Below are positions 1-12,618 of a DNA stretch of 64,000 bases, piece after piece. The DNA lies in the NCBI RefSeq assembly GCF_036321535.1, contig NC_087437.1, forward strand, positions 36,334,001 through 36,398,000, in the 5' to 3' direction. Every line of letters starts with the position of its first letter. Within the stretch, counting starts at the first letter, position 1. The notes beneath the pieces are model-generated. The model worked only from the letters and a program-made list of their open reading frames with translations, was not told the DNA's origin and made no database searches. The stretch comes from Camelus dromedarius. Lineage: Eukaryota. Made by a program: the position numbers and the translations under genes.

Positions 1-1060
1 TCAGTGAGAAGTTGGGAATCTGACAATAGGGCCATTTACCAATCCAGTTTTGGCTCACAAATTAAATCTAGTTAATTGCTTAAGGCTGGTCATAAGAAGC
101 AAAAAGAAAGCCAACGTCTCATCTGTTGCAGAATCCACTTCTGAATGCTGTCCAGTTATGTTAACTAATTCTGTGAGTTTCCAATGGATTTATCCTTTCC
201 TATTTGCAGGACTGAATTAGAGCCCAGTCTATTTTTACAAGAAAGACTCTGGGTAAATCCTCCATGAGATGTTGTCCAACATCCAGATTTTTCTAAATCT
301 GCTTTGTGTTCTATCCAATTTGTAGTCTTATAAATTACCCTCAGAATCTCCCCACTCTGTCTTTGTACACTTTTTAAAAAATCTGAGATCACTTTTAGGA
401 TATGAACCAATTGTTATAGATCTGTAAGTTTTGAATTATATAATCTCAGAATTTTGAAAATTCTTAGATAATAGTTCTCAGCAGATAATGATACTGGGAC
501 TTAAAGTCAACCACGAGGATCTTACCTGTTTCAAAGTGAGATTAATTTTAAGAAGCAATTAAGCTGTGAGTGTTTCTGCTTTGAGAAAATGAAAGAAAGT
601 GGGTCACAAAGAAGGATATGGAGAGATTTTAATGAGAGTGTACAGTACAAGGGAAGATGGCCACTAAAATAAAGATCATTGTGTTCAAGTTGTGATTTGG
701 GTGACATAGGGGAATATAAAGCTTTGTAGGTTTATAATTTTTCTTGGCCAAGGACTAATTCCAATTCTGGAATCTGAATTTCTTTAGGAACTTTCACATA
801 CTAATGCAAAATACAAACCTTTGGATATTTGGAATTTTATACCCTTCCATTTTTATACATACTTCCCAAGTGAATATTTTGTACATATTGAAAGTTTCCC
901 AAAAAGCCATTGAATTCTCAATTATCCTTGGTGAAACTGTGCCATTTTTAAAGATACGCACATGAATTAGAGCCATAGATTGAATATGCATAAGAAGCAG
1001 TAATCTGACATGGAATGAACACAGTTTACAGTGAGACAGACCTATAAGGGTCTGGAAATT
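1..1060 (-). mobile_element. Degenerate ERV (class I-like) gag relic, continuing off the window start
   Basis: Minus-strand translation across frameshifts gives ASYAYSIYGSNSCAYL*KWHSFTKDN / WETFNMYKI / EGYKIPNIQ (matrix-like N-terminus). Further on it gives KIDWALIQSCK*ERINPLE / QHSEVDSATDE (capsid major-homology-like region). Recognised from memory of ERV1 gag consensus. Confidence 0.65.
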
Positions 1061-1939
1061 ATTCACTGACGAATGTTGCTTGTGCATCTTATTTCTCAGG
1101 CCTCTAACTTAATGGCTGGCTCCCTCTTTTTCAGACTTGATAATTTTCAATTCCTGCCAGACAAAATTTTTAGAGAGGAAATTGCTTCCAGACCAGATTC
1201 TTAGGGACAAAACAGGAGGAGACTGGGGAAAATTTCTCACAAGGCTTTGATAGTTGAACAAAGGAAAATTTGTCTGTAAAGAACAATGCTCTCTTGAAAC
1301 CTAAATTCACCATATTGGTCCTACATCCATCCTCTTCTTTACAATCTTTCTCTTAATGAGTCACAGCAAAATGTGTCAAGAACACACAGTCATGTTGTTA
1401 CCAAAGAGGCTGATTTTTCCAAGAACAAGTTTTTATATCTGATCAGATCATCAAGGATCCCTAAAAGTGCTGTTCATTCCTAGGAAAACATTTGGGAGCT
1501 TGACAAAAAAAGATTTAAGAGGTTTCAAGGTGAGAAACTGATTAGAACCAGGCCAAGTCAGTGACATAATAGTGTAGGACTGAAGGACACTAGGAAGTGA
1601 AGGTTATGAAGTAAATCTTGATAAGTAAATTATTTCATAAGCGAGTTGTTTTCTTAGCTTAGCTTTCTATTCTTTTGATTAGAAGAGAGCTTGTCCAGAT
1701 ACACAAATTTGTTTGCTGACAATAAAGTTATTTATTGTTTTTAAACCTTAACTTTCTGGGCAAGAATATCCTGAAATAAATAGTTCTCATCTTGACATAG
1801 ATGATCTAGGTTCTTAACCCTAATAATCAAGATGTGGATGCTAGTGATCTTAATTGTTAACACTAAATAAAATACATGAAAATAAATACTGACATTTTCT
1901 TACATTAAATCATCTTCTATAAAATGAAAAAAAAAATTG

Positions 1940-3340
1940 AAAAAGAACCCTGGCCTGTGAAAAGGTATTCGTAACAAATAAAACAAATAAATAATTACTA
2001 GGAGTTATATATAAGTAATTTCTACAAATCAGTAAAAGAAATATAAACAAAATATATTTTGTAGAAGAAATCTTCCAATTCATCACCAATCTATGAGAAT
2101 TTATTCAGCTTCTCTAGTAATCTGAGAAAGACAAACTAAAAAATTAAGCATCAAAAATAACTATAAAATTGTCATAAGTAAAAATTTTATAAAACTTTCA
2201 TAAAATGAAGTGTTAAATTATTGATAAAAATATAGAAAAGCATTAACCCTTTGGACAGCATAAGAGTACTATTTAATAAAACTGAACTGAACACTTCTAT
2301 TATAAAGCAATAGTACTTCCAAATAGATATACTGAAATCACTTGAGTATATGCATAAGGACACATATTCAAGATAAATCAGTGAAGAATTATTTCTAGTA
2401 GTGAAAAATTTAAATAAAATAAATGACCATCAATAGGGTAATGACAAAAATGTGGAATATCCTGAAATTTGACCATAATCAGCACTTATAAATTATGAAT
2501 GAACTTGATCCCCACATGCCTACATGTATGACTGTTATGTGAAAACAATAACACTCTTAAAAGGATACTTAGAATATTTTGCAGTTTATATAAATGTTAA
2601 AAATGCTAAATCATAACATTTTGGGGTATATACTGTATATTGTAGTGAAATATAAACCACTGACAAAGTTTGTAAACCCAAACTTCAGGATCAGGTTTTC
2701 CTTGGTGGAAAGAAGGGAAGGCATTTCAAGTGAAAATCTAACACATTTTAATTGATCCTCAAATATACATTAATGCTAAAAGTTGTTAAATCTGGATATT
2801 AAGGACATAGCTGCTCTTATATTTTTCTCTTCACTTATTCACTTACTTCAAATATTTTATGATTTTAAAATAAAGGGCATTGATTTAGGATTCAAAAAAT
2901 AAAGTATCATACATTCATATATTTGTAAAGATGTATGTCCAAAGATTTTAAGAGCTATTTGAAACAACTTAAACACTCATCATTGAGGAAAGCAAGTAGC
3001 AAAATATATTGCTTTGTATATATTATAATTAATATATTCAAATAATCCACAGGTATTAAAAAACAATGTGGTGGCTCTATGGGTAAATTAAGGAAAATTG
3101 AACAAATACCCAGACTATGCAATGTGTTGTCCTATTCAGGTAAATTTACTATGTATTTTTAATTAAATACTTATTGAAACATTTTAATAGGAGGCTCTAG
3201 TATGAGAATGTGTATATAGGTTTTTAAGCATTTGGAAGGAGTAAAAAAAACTGCTAACAGTGCTTACTTCTGGAAACTTCTGGGTGGGATTGAGGATAGA
3301 GAGAAGCAGTTATGTGTTATTCTTGTAACAAAAATAAATT
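1940..3340 (+). mobile_element. Ancient L1 (L1ME-like) ORF2-end/3' UTR fragments
   Basis: A-rich degenerate L1 3' motifs, e.g. ttctctagtaatctgagaaagacaaactaaaa and aaatgaccatcaatagggtaatg. Confidence 0.6.
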
Positions 3341-3796
3341 AAAAGTTGAAAAATAGAAATAACTACAGAAAATTGGACTACATATTTAGAAGTGAGAATA
3401 GGTAGAGGTTTTTGTCTTTTTTTCTAACTCATTTACAAGGATATTTTCAAAGATGAGAAGGCTTTCAGTTACTCTACCCATTAATTAATAATCCATTAAG
3501 AAGATAATCTATTCTGAATTTGCATAGACAAAATGACACAGAAGTATAAGTGAGGATTTTTATAGGACACATTAACATGTCAAAATGCTATACAGGGGCT
3601 TGCAAAGGCATTGAGTCCAGAGTAAAGGAGATAAATAATTGCCAGGAACACAATGTGGTCATTTTTATACAAAACTACCTATATTAAATTATCACATCTT
3701 AAGATAAAGAAGCCATTTGGTTGTTACTATTTTTAACTTGTACTTGCAGCTGTAAAATTTTTATCAGGGAATTTATTTTATTTTTTGAACTAGCAC

Positions 3797-4008
3797 CTTC
3801 AGAGAAGAGTGTTCGGTAATTAGCTCATGGTAGTTTCAGATGCTGGATTGATTCCCAGGTTTTAGTCTTCTCTCCTGTGGGAAATTTTGATCATAAAATT
3901 CAAAGGCTGACCTTGGGTTTGGTTTTATAAGGAATATTATATTCAGTTCGACCTTCACAATCTAGATTGAAAGAAGATGAAAGGATTAGCTGAAATTGAA
4001 CACTATGC
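3797..4008 (-). pseudogene. Exon relic (212 nt)
   Basis: Acceptor tttttttttttcttccttggactgcag|G, donor AAG|gtgcta. Reads HSVQFQLILSSSFNLDCEGRTEYNIPYKTKPKVSL*IL*SKFPTGEKTKTWESIQHLKLP*ANYRTLFSE; all stops are TGA. Confidence 0.6.
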
Positions 4009-4851
4009 CTGCAGTCCAAGGAAGAAAAAAAAAAAGTTAAACTTTTAGAGTCATAAATTATACATGAGAAGATAATGCTAATAGTATAATCTTAAGTCAC
4101 CAGAATTCCTGCATTATCTGAAGGTGTAGGTGGTTGGTTAGTTGAATGACGATAATGGCTTTAAACAGACAATGAATAGCCTGGGTAGAAAAAACATTTT
4201 CTTAATTTTATAAGCCATCATTGTATAAATAATTGCAAGTGAATTGTCTATTTAAATGATAGTTATAACTTCCAGGGTTAAATCCTATTTAACTTATTTT
4301 TGTATATTTGTGCAAGAATTACAAATATTATATTGTCTTTATAACAAATTTTATAATTATTGCAAAAGTATTTGTATACACCTATGTATTAAAAAATTGT
4401 TCCAGGAAAAATTTACCAATTACCTCTATGTTTTTCAAGAAAGTATCCTTAGTATCACTTGACTGTCCTTTGACTCATTAAAAAAATGTTACTTTATTCT
4501 GATGAAAAGATTGCCACACTCTCATTCACAGTTATGGAAAATTTTAAAGGCAGTTTTCTAAAATATGCATTGATAACTGGTGTTTTGTAAAAAAAAGTGT
4601 AAGTCAGAAAAATAAAAGCATCTTGTAGTATACCATGCAGTATTTGTAAAGCATCTTTTCAGTTTACCAAGAAAAAGATAGTTTGTCACACTCTGAAGGA
4701 ACAGACTTTTCGTCATCTCTGGGCTTCAAGTACAAGGCTGCTCCTGTCCTTTCTGCCCCTTTTACTACTGATTCAACTCTTACTGTATTCATTGTCAAAA
4801 CTGCTTCCTTTCAGACGGGATGGAAGGTCTTATCTTCATAGCACATCCTAC

Positions 4852-4909
4852 CTCTCTTGTTGGTGTAGCTCTGCTCAGATTCATGGCGACATGATACCAA
4901 CAGTTGATG
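4852..4909 (-). pseudogene. Exon relic (58 nt)
   Basis: Acceptor atattttcttgtttcag|, donor GAG|gtagga. Reads STVGIMSP*I*AELHQQE, in phase with both neighbours. Confidence 0.55.
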
Positions 4910-5318
4910 CTGAAACAAGAAAATATGCTTTACTTCATTCATTATCACCAAATCTACTATTTTTCCATTTAAATATATTATTCACTATCAAAATGTTTTA
5001 GGATTTGCAGTTGATATAGCTTGACCATGGGAACAGAGTACTGTGTGATCACAAGATGACAGAGCTGTAAGAATTACACATTTATTTTTCAATATTTGGA
5101 TGTAGATGAAGCCAGAATCATAAAAGTCAAGTGTCTGGAATCCAAATAAACAATGTCAGAGTCAATGTTGCCATGAATGACAAATGACTTTGATTTATTT
5201 GATGTCATGCTTTTCAATTTTAAAAAAATGTTCATGACAGAAAAAAGAATGTTCATGAAAAGATTATTTAGTAAAATAAGCTGTGTACTATTTATCAGCA
5301 CTAAGTATTTTTCCTTAC

Positions 5319-5428
5319 CCATTCAAAAAGGATGGAGGTATACATGTGTTCTCATGCTTCAGTAACCATTGTAGTTCAAACCCAAAGGAAGAAATTGAAG
5401 AAAGTTTTCCCAAACGCTCAACCCCAAT
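5319..5428 (-). pseudogene. Exon relic (about 110 nt)
   Basis: Strong donor TGG|gtaagg, weak acceptor ccctag|. Reads LGLSVWENFLQFLPLGLNYNGY*SMRTHVYLHPF*M, or in an open alternative frame IGVERLGKLSSISSFGFELQWLLKHENTCIPPSFLN. Confidence 0.5.
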
Positions 5429-5689
5429 CTAGGGTCCTCTTATTGAAAGCTTGTAACTATTCATTAATCCAACAAAATATTAAAGGAGTGTTTATTAAGT
5501 TCTCAACCTGATTTGAGGGACTGAGGATAGAGCAGTGAAAAGAACACCAGGCAAATAAGCTACCAGATAAACAAAATAGTAAAAATTCAGATTGTAAATT
5601 ACTGTGAAAAAGTAAGAGAAAGTTTTCATATATAATACACACCTTTTTTATTTAGCATCAAAATGTAAGTGATAATGATTATAGTCATT

Positions 5690-5900
5690 CTTAACAGATA
5701 TTGTTTTCACTATGCCATGCCCCAGGCTATGTAGTTTATATATATTATCTGTGCAACATTCAAAATCATGCTATGATAATTCTAATCTTATAGCTGAGAT
5801 AAAGGTGAAACTTTGAGAGGTTAACTAATTTGAAAGTAAATATTGGAACCAAATTTCAATTCAAGGTCTGCCTGATCTCAGAAAGAGTCAAAACTAATCA
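5690..5900 (-). mobile_element. MIR SINE
   Basis: Reverse MIR core: gaaactttgagaggttaactaatttg ... ttcaattcaaggtctgcctga. Confidence 0.65.
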
Positions 5901-6954
5901 CTGAGCTATTATATATGTACATAAACATATTCAAATCAAGCAAAGAAAAAAAATCATGTTAGTGCAACAATACAGAACTTCCTCTAATTTTAATGTGCTT
6001 TTAATATGTGTAGATAAAAAATAAGATACTCTCTGAAGAAAGAAATAAGGGGAATAATAACGTTAAGTCGAAGGTGGAAAAGTGGCTTTAGGTGAGGTCG
6101 GTTTTTAGAGATTTTTCTCAAGACTGGAAAGTCCATGTGAGAACAGATCTATAGTCCACTTTTTGCAGTGCCCCAAGGACCTACAGAGAGTCAAGTTTTG
6201 TACAGTGAAAAATCTAACACATAGAGACCTGGCAAAATTCTTGTTTTACTCAAATACCCAAGTGTCATCCAAAAATGGAGCAGAGGAGCAACCTGACATT
6301 AATGAGGCCTGAACACTTGAAAAATGGGTATGCTGGAGGCATCTTATGTTAACCAACGATACAGGGCTCTCCTTATGTGTACGTAATAGCATGAGGCTCC
6401 TGAAAATACCACCTTCCCCTGATAGCAGGGGACAAGGTCCCCTTAAGGACAGATACTGAATTCTTCACCAGCTTGGTAGACTAAATTTTATTCATAAAGT
6501 GAAAGAAAAGTGATATTTTCACTTCTGAATGATGGAATAAAATTTATACTTTCTAATTATGGAGCCTTCATTATCAAATGATGTTATAATTCTTGTATAG
6601 TAAGTATTTTCATAAGAAACTCAATTATATCCCTAATAATTGGAGATAATTAATTTTGAAACAGTGGCCATGACCTTGCTGGAGAATTTATATATAGAAA
6701 TAAATGCCATCTTTCATAATTTGTAGTGAATGGAGGAATATCAATGAACTATGATAAGAGGAATGTTGAAACATTATTACATAATGCTTTGCAAGCCATA
6801 ATGGACATAGGGTACTCAGCTGAACCTACGTAGAGGAATGAGGAAGTGGGAAAGGTAGTCTTTTTGTAGCTTTCTGGCAAGATTTAATTTGTAATTCCAA
6901 GTAGACTGTCAAGAAAAGGAGGACAAGGAGTTAAGTTTTCCCTAATGGACTAAA

Positions 6955-7206
6955 TTTAGCAATTTAGCAGATACAAACTACTATATACAAAATAGATAAA
7001 CAACAGAGACCTACTGAATAGTACAGGGAACTGTATTCAACATCTTGTAATAACCTATAATGGAAAAGAATCTGAAAAAGAATATATATATTCTTTTTCT
7101 ATATATATATATATATAGAAAACTGAATCACTTTGATGTACACTGAAACTAACACAATATTGTAAATCAACTATACTGCAATAAAAATAAATAAAATAAA
7201 AATAAA
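6955..7206 (+). mobile_element. 5'-truncated cetartiodactyl-type L1 3' end with A-rich tail
   Basis: cagatacaaactactatatacaaaatagataaacaac...cagggaactgtattcaacatcttgtaataacctataatggaaaagaatctg...aatcaactatactgcaataaaaataaataaaataaa. Confidence 0.9.
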
Positions 7207-8099
7207 ACAACAATGCAATTCTTACAGGAAATGGAAGGATACCTAATGCCTAATATCTCAAATGCTCTGGAGATAAAAGGTCTCTTGTTTTTTTCATCCA
7301 AGGGAAATATCACCCAAGACAGGGGTTTACATGTTGATGGGTTGGAAAGATCACCAGGCTGACAGAGGAAATAACACTATCAGAACTGGCGGTGTTTTAT
7401 AGAGATAAAATACCTTTCTTAGATGATAGATATTTGAATCTTGATTATGGTGTTCTGTTACCATTCTGGAACATAAGAAAATATCCAGAAAGTAGTGTGT
7501 TCCCTGCTGTGTCAGAGAAGGAGCCTGTGTGGGTGGGGAGAGATGACACCCTGATGGAATGTATTTAGAAGCATAGCTTCAAATTTGTAACCTAGCTACT
7601 AGTATTCAAAACACAAACATGTTCAGAGACAGTGACTGAATATTGAACACTTTAAAATAAACTTTTCTGATACACTGTAAATTTGGGAGAACCTCAGGTT
7701 AATTTCCTAAAGTTTTACCAAAAGCTGGAGAAAGTGCGACTATGTTTACTATTGATGTTAGAAACTTATGGAGGACACTGGCCCTGGGAGTTTTAGATCC
7801 AGGAATATTAATCCCATATAGAACGTGTGTGTCTTGGGATAATATTAAGGCACCAAAAAGCAAAATAAATGTCATACTACTTCCTACCTGTGGTGAGTGA
7901 CTAAATTCATATTACCTGTACCAGTTAAATTGATTTGTATAATGACTATTTATTTGAGTTATTCCATAACTATTCAGCATATGTTGCAATGAATATTTAC
8001 ATTGACAATATTAATGCTATTCTATAAATATTTATAAATGTTCTATAAAAATAACATACCAAAAGAAATCAAAGACAATACATTTAAGAATAACAATAG

Positions 8100-8700
8100 G
8101 ATTAAGAAAAGGTTAACTATGCAAATTATTTTTAACATCATTTAAGAACTACTTTTTGCAATAAGACATGCTGTATAAATTTTGGATAAAATGAATACTT
8201 GCATACATAGCTGCTGGCAGCTTATTTGGATATTGGCTAATAGTTCATGAACCTTAAAATACTTGATCCAATAAATTAATTTTGGAGAAAATAGCTAGAA
8301 ATGCAGATAAAAATCATCTATAAAGATAGTCATTTCTAATGGCAAATTTAGGAATAATAACTAAATGTATATAATAGAATTATTAAGTGAATCATGACTA
8401 CCCATTTGTTATAATATTATAGTCACTAAAGGTATTTTTGAAGAATTTTTAATGGCATGAGAAAATTTTCAATATGTATTAAATTAACAAGTATAAATAT
8501 ATATTATACATATAATTTTTCTAGCAGCATAAAAACATACAAATTTTTAAAAATGTCCCAAACTCTGCATAGTTGCTTAATTTGGGTCACTTTAATATCA
8601 ATGATTTTCATCATCTTTTGCATGTTTTCTTTTTCTTCAATATTTCTATCAGTAAATATATATTTTTCACTCTTGAAAATGTATTTATTTAAAAATATGA
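8100..8700 (+). mobile_element. Ancient L1 3' fragment
   Basis: Degenerate L1ME-like 3' UTR motifs (cttaaaatacttgatccaataaattaattttggag). Confidence 0.5.
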
Positions 8701-8984
8701 TCTTTATTTATTTTAGAGCACATTTGAAACAATGTTTGGACTAGGATTTTAAAAGTATTTCAAGAATAGAAGTATTAGGGCCTCTTGAGTTAATAATAAC
8801 ATAAAATTAGTAATTTTTGTCACAGTGGAGACACACTGTATATTACGATTTAGGGTAATTTATTGGTATTATCAAATATTATTTTAGCCAACAAAATAGA
8901 CATTATGGAACCCCTTATTTAGCTGTACCTCTACTGAGTTTCTCTAGGGAGCTAAACATAAAAGGGACAAAGACAAATATAAAC

Positions 8985-9213
8985 TCAAATATCCATTTAT
9001 TGGTATTCAATTGAGGGCACTCTCCAAAGTAGAGGCTCAGTATTGGTCGAAGCATAAGTTTTGGTTCCAAAGCCCTCCTAATAGCCCCTGTTGACCAAAA
9101 TTCCCCATCTAACCATATGAATGGTCAAGGGTGCTGTGATACATGTGAGAGGTCTTAAAGGGTATTTGGTCACCAATTCCTTTGTACATGAAAGCAATAC
9201 GGGAAAGAGGAAG
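8985..9213 (-). pseudogene. Exon relic (about 229 nt, boundaries weak)
   Basis: Unique island with weak acceptor aaatgtag| and weak donor. Frame unresolved: LPLSRIAFMYKGIGDQIPFK... or ...PFIWLDGEFWSTGAIRRALEPKLMLRPILSLYFGECPQL. Confidence 0.4.
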
Positions 9214-9849
9214 CTACATTTAAGTGACACATGAAAGTTTAAAATAGCCTTAATAAACATCATCTTAAGAAAATAACTTTTTCATATTGACAGAATATTC
9301 AAGAATTATTCTTTCTTGTGAAGGAAAATAACCAAAAACCAAAACCAAAACCAAACAAAAATAGCAGTGGGATATTTTTACAGTTAAATGTATCTGGGAT
9401 TTTTCTAGACCTTCTCAATGATATATTTTTATAATAACTGCAGGTCTTAACACTTTGTGAATTTCTGACTTTGATCCATAACTCATGATAATTCTCGGAA
9501 TATGTTTTTTACTGAACCAAGGAGTAACCCAGTAAGAGATTATAAGTATATCCAGTGTAAATCAGCCATTAATTCAGAACAGTATCAACAGCCATGCCTC
9601 AATAAAACATAGGAAGGTTTTTAAATGTCATATCTCTGCTATTAGAAAGTCCTTTATGGGAGGAACACTTTATCTTTCTTTATCTTTCCACAAAAATAGA
9701 AGAGAAATATAAATTGAAGATAACTAAGTTGCTTAGAAGCTTCAAAATTGTGAATGGACAAGGTGATACTTTTTACACATTTGATTAGTTCACAACTATT
9801 CCAGTTATATTTTGATAGTACATCTGTGCTTAAGAAAATGTTCTTTCAT

Positions 9850-11170
9850 TTTTTCATTCATCCACTATTTACTGAGTGAGTATTGTTTGCCAACATTGTT
9901 TTAAGAGCTTGGATACAGTATTCAACAGCACAGAGTCTTTGCCCACATAAATATTAACTTTGAGGAGATATTTACCCAATCTACCAATACATATGTACCA
10001 TGAGATAGTACCATAATATTATGAGATAGAGAGGGGTCAGGAGAAAATTCAGATAGATTTGCCAGATATATCCTCTCTGAGAAGGTGACATTATATTTTG
10101 AAGCAATAATGAATAGGAAAACATAAGAAAAAATCTGTCAAATATAGAGCACTCTGTTAAATTACTTTCATGTTATCATATTTATCATGAGAATAAGTTA
10201 GACCTTATTATTACTATTTGCAAGGAAGTAAGTCCAGTTTACTTGCTCAGCTAACACAGTTCAACATACATAGAAAAAAGACACAGACAGGAGAGGAGAT
10301 TGGGGCAGAAGTCTGACAAAGTGTTAAAATAATTAGACAAATTAAAATGATTTGTTGGGAGATACTGGATTTCATAAAGGAATTCTCTAACTTGAAAGAC
10401 AAAGAAACAATAAGATTTGAGAGGTCCAAACGTTTCACTTGAAATGTTATTTTAAAATACTTTCAAAACAATCTAGTGGAAATACCTAAAGGTAGTAACA
10501 TAAAGAATGCTAGAGCTCAGAGGAGAGTGACAAATTAGAAATATAATCTTGTGAAGCATCAGTATAAATAATGTTGCTCAGGATGAGAGAGACACCATTA
10601 GCATCCGAAACAGGACACTGGAGAGTTCAATACTTAAAAGTAAAAGTAGGGGAAACAAAAAGGAGAAATACAGAGTGACTGAGAAAGAATGCTCGGGATG
10701 GAACTAGGAGAATGGAAGAATGGGGTGTCCCAGGAGCCAGAAGTCTACAGAGGGAAGGATTCCCATCAGAATATGGAATACTGTGAACCACATTGCCAAG
10801 AAAGATTGGAGTGAAAAAAAGAAGTGGCTCCAGTGAAATCCTTCAGGAACCTCAAGACAAGGAAGAGGAACTCTAAAAGATACTGAGAAGGAATAGTTGG
10901 GAAAAAAATAAGCTAAAATGGGAGCCTATAGAATCTTATGGAGAAAAGGAAAGAATTTGAAAGGAAGGAATGAAAAAAAATCATCAAATATTGCTAAGAA
11001 AGCTGGTAAGATAAGAACTAACTGTATCCTTTGGAATTAAAAATGAAGAGATGATTGGAGGCCTGGTATTCAAAGCTATGGATGGAGCAGTAGCTGACTA
11101 TGGTGGGTTGAAAATGACTAGGAAGTAAAGAAGCAGACACAGAAAATATAGTCAATTTTTTAAATGAGGT
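9850..11170 (-). mobile_element. L2 LINE fragments
   Basis: Reverse L2 3' end ttcattcatccactatttactgagtgag, followed by purine-rich L2 body (gagctcagaggagagtgacaaattagaaatataatcttg). Confidence 0.75.
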
Positions 11171-11187
11171 TTGATGGTTTGATGTAC

Positions 11188-11407
11188 ATGGGAGCAGCAT
11201 CCTCAGTGTCCTGAAACAGGTCAGCTTTGAGCTCTCACAAACAGAGATCGATTTTTTGTCACTGTGGGCCTTCTTCCTCTGGAACTGCAGAATCCTGCAT
11301 GTCATTTCCCTTGTTAGATTTTTCAATGTTCCAGTCATCTTTTGTCTGTCTTGTTGTTTTCTTTTTATTTCCCCCACCCGGGTGGAATGTAGGCGTCCAA
11401 GGATAAC
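11188..11407 (-). pseudogene. Exon relic (about 220 nt)
   Basis: Acceptor gtttctctgcag|G, weak donor CAT|gtacat. Reads KLSLDAYIPPGWG in phase with the previous exon, then after a probable shift in a G-run NKKKTTRQTKDDWNIEKSNKGNDMQDSAVPEEEGPQ*QKIDLCL*ELKADLFQDTEDAAP. Confidence 0.55.
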
Positions 11408-12254
11408 CTGCAGAGAAACTCCAGGTACTAGAATGTGTACTTATCAGGCTCCATTAGGACTTTTTAATATAAAATTGATTGCATTTTCAAGGAATGTGAA
11501 CTTAATGGAAATGTATTATTGTACAGAATTCATAGTCTCTTCTTTTACATTGATCACCACAGTGGTTAATTAGGAAATGATGCTCCCCAAATCACCAGCT
11601 GCTCAGGGTCTGACACTATGCTGGTACAAATTGAAGAGCCCAATGAAAGCATGATCAATTTTCCCCTAGAAACCATATAAGATCATGACCCTGCCAAGGC
11701 ACTTAGGATCAACTACACAACCATTTCAAGGAAGAGTATGGCTCAGAGTACTTAATCAAAATCACTTAGAATTATACCCAGAATACATAAATGCATATCA
11801 AAACCAGGGGCATTTTCCTGTCTGTTTCTTCTATACTTATGCTTCCTAAAAATTTAGTTATAGGTGTAGTGTGAGTCCTTGCATTTCCAAACTTGCCCTT
11901 CACGGATATGTTATTTCATAACACTTCATCTGTGTTAGCTAGCACCTAGATTGAGGGAACTGTAGGATACAGATATAGTCCTAACTGTCTTTGGAAAATT
12001 TCTTTGTGGAAATCAGGACTCCACTACAAATTGCAGGCTGGGCAGGACATTCTTAGTAGAAGCAGTAAACCTGCTAATTAAAATGTAAAAATGACCTTAT
12101 ATGTCTTAGGACTGACCGTAGATAAGGAAAACCAGTATTTAATATTTGTATTAATAAATAAATAGTAAAATATAGCATAACTTAGTTTTATAATTAATTC
12201 AAAATCTTAAGGTGTTTTCTCAAGTGTCTTGCTTTTTAAATAAATTCTCCTTAC

Positions 12255-12618
12255 TTGTGGATTTTATCATTCTCCAGACTTGCCCTTGCATGAAGAATAT
12301 TTTGCAGTCTCTTTAGCTGCTGCAAAAAGCCTATCTTAGAGTACAGGGTGTCTATTTCAGCAGGATTCTCAATAGAAGAAGAATGACATACACATGGATC
12401 CAGAGCTCAGCCTGTTCCATCAGACTGATAATATCTTCCCAGCTTCTCACTCTCAAATATGTCCTCCTGCTGGTTCTAATTATTATCACCCTCAGTGATG
12501 CCTTTTCAAACCCGTTGTCATACAGCGTGCAGTATCTCAGTGCTGTTAGGAGCATCGTTATCGTCTCTGTCAATGAGTACACAAGCATCTGACCCCAGAA
12601 CCTCTCAAAGCTCACTCC
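12255..12618 (-). pseudogene. Exon relic (364 nt)
   Basis: Acceptor tttttttcccctcttaaaatccctcacag|G, donor CAA|gtaagg. One frame is open for 88 codons (GVSFERFWGQ...); another reads SEL*EVLGSDACVLIDRDDNDAPNSTEILHAV*...IDTLYSKIGFLQQLKRLQNILHARASLENDKIH. Confidence 0.7.

Noticed and set aside
515..535. CAG|GTAAG donor-like site on the minus strand
   Set aside because: Lies within the ERV gag relic, and no matching exon was found.
3797..5428. In-frame TGA codons as selenocysteine or readthrough
   Set aside because: Other exons of the chain have TAA/TAG stops and frameshifts, and no SECIS was recognised; CpG decay is simpler.
6100..7480. Possible Gypsy/ERV integrase relic around the L1 insert
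   Set aside because: No convincing motif could be translated; left unassigned.
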